From Selaginella moellendorffii (lineage: Eukaryota > Plantae > Lycopodiophyta): 64,000 nt of DNA. The stretch spans positions 2,246,486-2,310,485 of the forward strand of contig NW_003314266.1 in the NCBI RefSeq assembly GCF_000143415.4, read 5' to 3'. The position numbers and the translations under genes were made by a program. The notes under the pieces are model-generated. The model searched no databases. It was given only the letters and a program-made list of their open reading frames with translations, and was not told the origin of the DNA. Shown here piece after piece: positions 60,388-64,000 of this stretch; the stretch's first letter is position 1, and each line of letters begins with the position of its first letter.

Positions 60388-61777
60388 TCCAAACGCGCAC
60401 AAGAACACGGTGAGTGAGGGGTAGGGTTCTCTATTTCTTTTCAGTGCGGGCAATTACCGTGGAAAATGTGGCGAATGGGCCAAGATTGTACGCGTTCGTA
60501 CACTGACCACTGCTCTTGTATATTGGTGTATTCTGACCGGACGCGTGGCGGTGGCATCTAAAGCAAAGACAAGATCCCTACGGAAAATCTGGTTACTTTT
60601 AAAATTTGAACTCGGTTTCCTTTGGTTAAGAACAAAGGCATTTGTTAACAGTCTCAAAATCTTAATTTAATTTGTTTAGTTTGATTTAATATTTAAACAC
60701 AAAGTATAAAAAGAAATAAATGAATGATAATAGAATCACACAAATAAATAACAATATGGATTGAAAATTGAAATATATAGTTATTAAAAATCATAGTAAA
60801 AGAGTTGCAAGCTATGGCAGTGAATATGGGGTGCATTTTTTATTTACACATGTGCAGATATTTGTTTGTGGTTTTCAATTTCACACAGTCCTATTTTGAT
60901 TGTTATATATCATTTCACTACAATTATGATTATGTGCATTACAACATTTATATGCAAAATAGTATACCACACTTTAGTAAAGAGATTGAATACCCTGTTG
61001 CAATATGTATAGCATCTGCAATTCTTTTTTGTTTTAAAGTAAATTGACACTTTTGCAAATGCATCTTTAATGTATTAGAAGCTCCAAATGGTGGCATTGC
61101 CAAATTAGTGCAATTGGCAGTTGATAATAGCCAGTGCATGGAGGCTCATGGCCAACATTTGATGGGTAGTATCTTTAATGCCTAGTTAGCTTTGCTTCTA
61201 ATTCAGCTGAATTTAGCCACACATTCTTGCCAACTTAAAAGACAAAGAAGAAGATGCTAACATGGCAATAAACTAAAAAGGATTCATACTTTGACCATGC
61301 ATGCCAATATATATATATATAGATAGATAGATGCATTGATTTGTGAGAAAAAATTTAAGCACACATGTAGTTGCTTTCAAAACCTGCAAGAAATTACTTG
61401 CTATAATTATCCTTATCAAATATTAAATCTTTAATTTTTATTGTTTTGGTTGGTTCTTGTGGTTCTAAACAAGAGAGAGAGAACTGTTAAAATTAAAATT
61501 GAGATTCTTTGGGATGAACAATTTTAAAATTAAATACCTAATAACAGTTTAATATTTATAGTTATATTGACTTATGATTACTCTATAAACGGAAAAAGAA
61601 ATCCATAAAGATCTTGTCTCCATTGGATCTTGTTGGAGATACCCCCCACGCATCCAGTCCCAATACACAATAGCAGTGGTCAGTGTATGAATGTGTACAA
61701 TATTGGCCCATTCACCACATTTTCCATGCCTGCTGACAAAAGAAAAAGAGAACCCCCTGCTCTTGTGCACGTTTGGG
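60388..61777. repeat. Diverged long inverted repeat (arms ~60388-60600 and ~61590-61777)
   Basis: ggaaaatgtggcgaatgggccaagattgtacgcgttcgtacactgaccactgct matches the reverse complement of 61672-61725. Similarity extends to ccaaacg(c/t)gcacaaga. Confidence 0.8.
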
Positions 61778-64000
61778 ATTCTTAAGCTTTTTCTGGTATT
61801 TTCCTGAATTGGTAGTAAATGAACAGAACATAAAAGCAAAAAGTATACCATCTGATTTTTGCCCCTCTAATTTCTTCTTGCTTGTTGGATTATTTCCCCT
61901 TCTTTGTTTCCATCTTGTCTCTTGGATCCCTTGGAGAGGATGTAGTTGGCTTTATAATTTCTGTGTGCAACCGGGTGCTTGCTTGATTTCGTCATCCCAG
62001 GACACTTTCATGGGCACAGCTTCTATGTGATTAAGCACTGGTTTGATGGTGCTTTCCTTCCTTTTTCAACTTCAAATATAAATTCTATAATATTTATCCT
62101 TCTGTTTAAGAACAAAGTGGGCCATGAAAGAAAACCTCGCAGCACATACTTTCGTATGCAACCATGACAGAATTCTCATATCAATTGATTGCACCAATTT
62201 CTAGAGAGAGAGATCACGCACTCACCTTCTACACATTCTTATGAATTCATTCATTCATACTGTTTATACGGTCTTGTAGCACCCACCATGAAGCGAAGAT
62301 TGTTGTTGCATTGCTCCACGAATGAGAATTCGAGAACTTCTGGTGGCTAGAAGAAATTAACCACAATTTGTAATATGATAAGAAAACTAAGAGCTTAAAA
62401 TCTCAGCCGTTAGATTGCCAAATATCTTAGGTGCCTTTAAAAACTATAAACAGAGTTTAAAGTAATCCAAATGCGAATCAACCTTTTTACAAGTTATAAT
62501 ATTCTACAAAATATTTGGAGGTGCTGGCATATGTAACTTATACAGCAAGCGAAGTTGACGGACAATGCCTTCTCTCACTCTCTTGTTCTTTTCTTCACTA
62601 TGTGCTCACAGCTCCCAGTGTTCTTAACTGTGCCGGGGGGCCTCATGTCAGTGGATGGCATCGGTGTGGTGAAGCTACCTTCTTCTTTCCAGAGGCTGAC
62701 CCCGGACGAAAGCATCCGCAGAGCAACACTCTGGAAATGGTGTCCAAATCCTCAGACTTTTGATCGTTCCTGCTCCGGGATGCCGGCGTAGAATTTCATT
62801 GCGTTGGCTTTGCCGAAGGCTTGGATCTGTGACCAGATTCCGGCCGCGATGGGCAGGCAGCTCGTGACGTTCACAGTGTCTTGTCGTTGAAAGGACCGGG
62901 CAGCAAAAACACACCATCCTGGAAAACAATTTCTAGAGTTCTTTACCCAAGCTATATAGTTGTGTGCAAGAGCGTGCCAAGGTTCCCAGGATCCTGTAGA
63001 CAAACTCACCATTTGACAACTTTTAGACAAGGGAATTAGACAAGTTCTACCCGGAATCTGCGCCTGGTCCCGGGCAGCGAAGGCCAGGGCCTCTGACTCA
63101 GCGCGTCGGGGCTCCCAACATTTCACGGTTCCAATGACACAAAAGAGCGATCATAAGTTTCTTCACCAGGATTGGCACGAAACAAGTTTTGTCATCTCCT
63201 GCTCCCGGAAGCGGCAATGGCTCATGCGGCCGTTTGATCCGTGCCGATCATCGCCCTCCAAGGGAAGGAATTGGGGGGCGATTCCGATCGAAAAACCATC
63301 CTCGCGCGATCCAGGCTCCAAGCTGGCACGATGTGGGCATTGGCATTCCTGCCATGGCCGTCGTGGCCGTGGCCGTATCCACCTGCCGACAGTGCTATGC
63401 AAGTTGTGTGTACCAGTTCGGTACCGAGCAAGCAAGTGCCTTGCGTGCAGCCCCAGAGAGTTGTAGACCTACCTTGTCGTGTTGACATTCTCCAGGTAGA
63501 AACTGAATTTCTGCCGGAGCTCACTTGGAATATGCTGGGCAGAGTGCCCTACAACTAGAGTGCCCTATCCCACATGCCCAAGCTCAAGTGCTTTCCTTCG
63601 ATATATAACGGCTCGCGAAGATGATTATCTTAAGAGCGCGCCCGCTTCAAGGTGGGAGTCAGCACGGTGTTATCCTCGGAGGGGGATGATGACGTGGTTG
63701 ATAATGTGGGGCACATCGCGTCAGGCGGGTAACCGAGCATCGCCATAGCTCCAGCTCTGGCCAGTGAAGGGATCACGCGCTTTTTTTTTTTTTCTTTTCA
63801 ACGCGCGATCCCGTTCATACTGAGGACTAGAGTTTATGAGCAGGAGTAGGCTAGTCAAGGATCCAACAAAGGTAGCACAACTTTAGACATCCTAAATTTC
63901 TTCTTCTTCAGGAAAATAGTCCACACTTTCACCGGCAAAGACCTCTGGACTGACTCCAACTTCTGCCCCGAATGGCTCCAAGAGAAACTCGCGAGCTTGG

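Noticed and set aside
62500-63750. Short overlapping ORFs at the window end
   Set aside because: No consistent frame or identifiable domain.

Overview
Compact land-plant nuclear DNA. The roughly 50-100 bp introns, many intronless PLS-type PPR genes and an ARP MYB gene suggest the lycophyte Selaginella (inference only). Bases 1-14.5 kb and 28-32 kb are mostly decayed retroelements, including one full-length but inactivated Ty3/gypsy chromovirus (3536-9053). That element has a self-priming PBS and a -1 frameshift signal. The gene-rich parts encode two miR156-targeted SBP/SPL paralogues, GNA1, an EG45/expansin-like protein, a plasma-membrane H+-ATPase, CSN4, an MRS2 Mg transporter, a small 8-Cys secreted protein, four PPR-E genes, a PP2C, a GH17 glucanase and an AS1/RS2/PHAN (ARP) MYB. 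A tandem array of 5S-rRNA-carrying Cassandra TRIMs (4 LTRs, TSD AACAC) sits in a PPR pseudogene. The most striking unexplained structure is upstream of the ARP gene (59650-60311, minus strand): 17 consecutive non-overlapping micro-uORFs of 3-10 codons. Fifteen of them end in an Arg codon (CGC/CGT only) immediately before TAA/TAG although their internal sequences differ. This is a candidate codon-specific translational control cassette on a leaf-development regulator.
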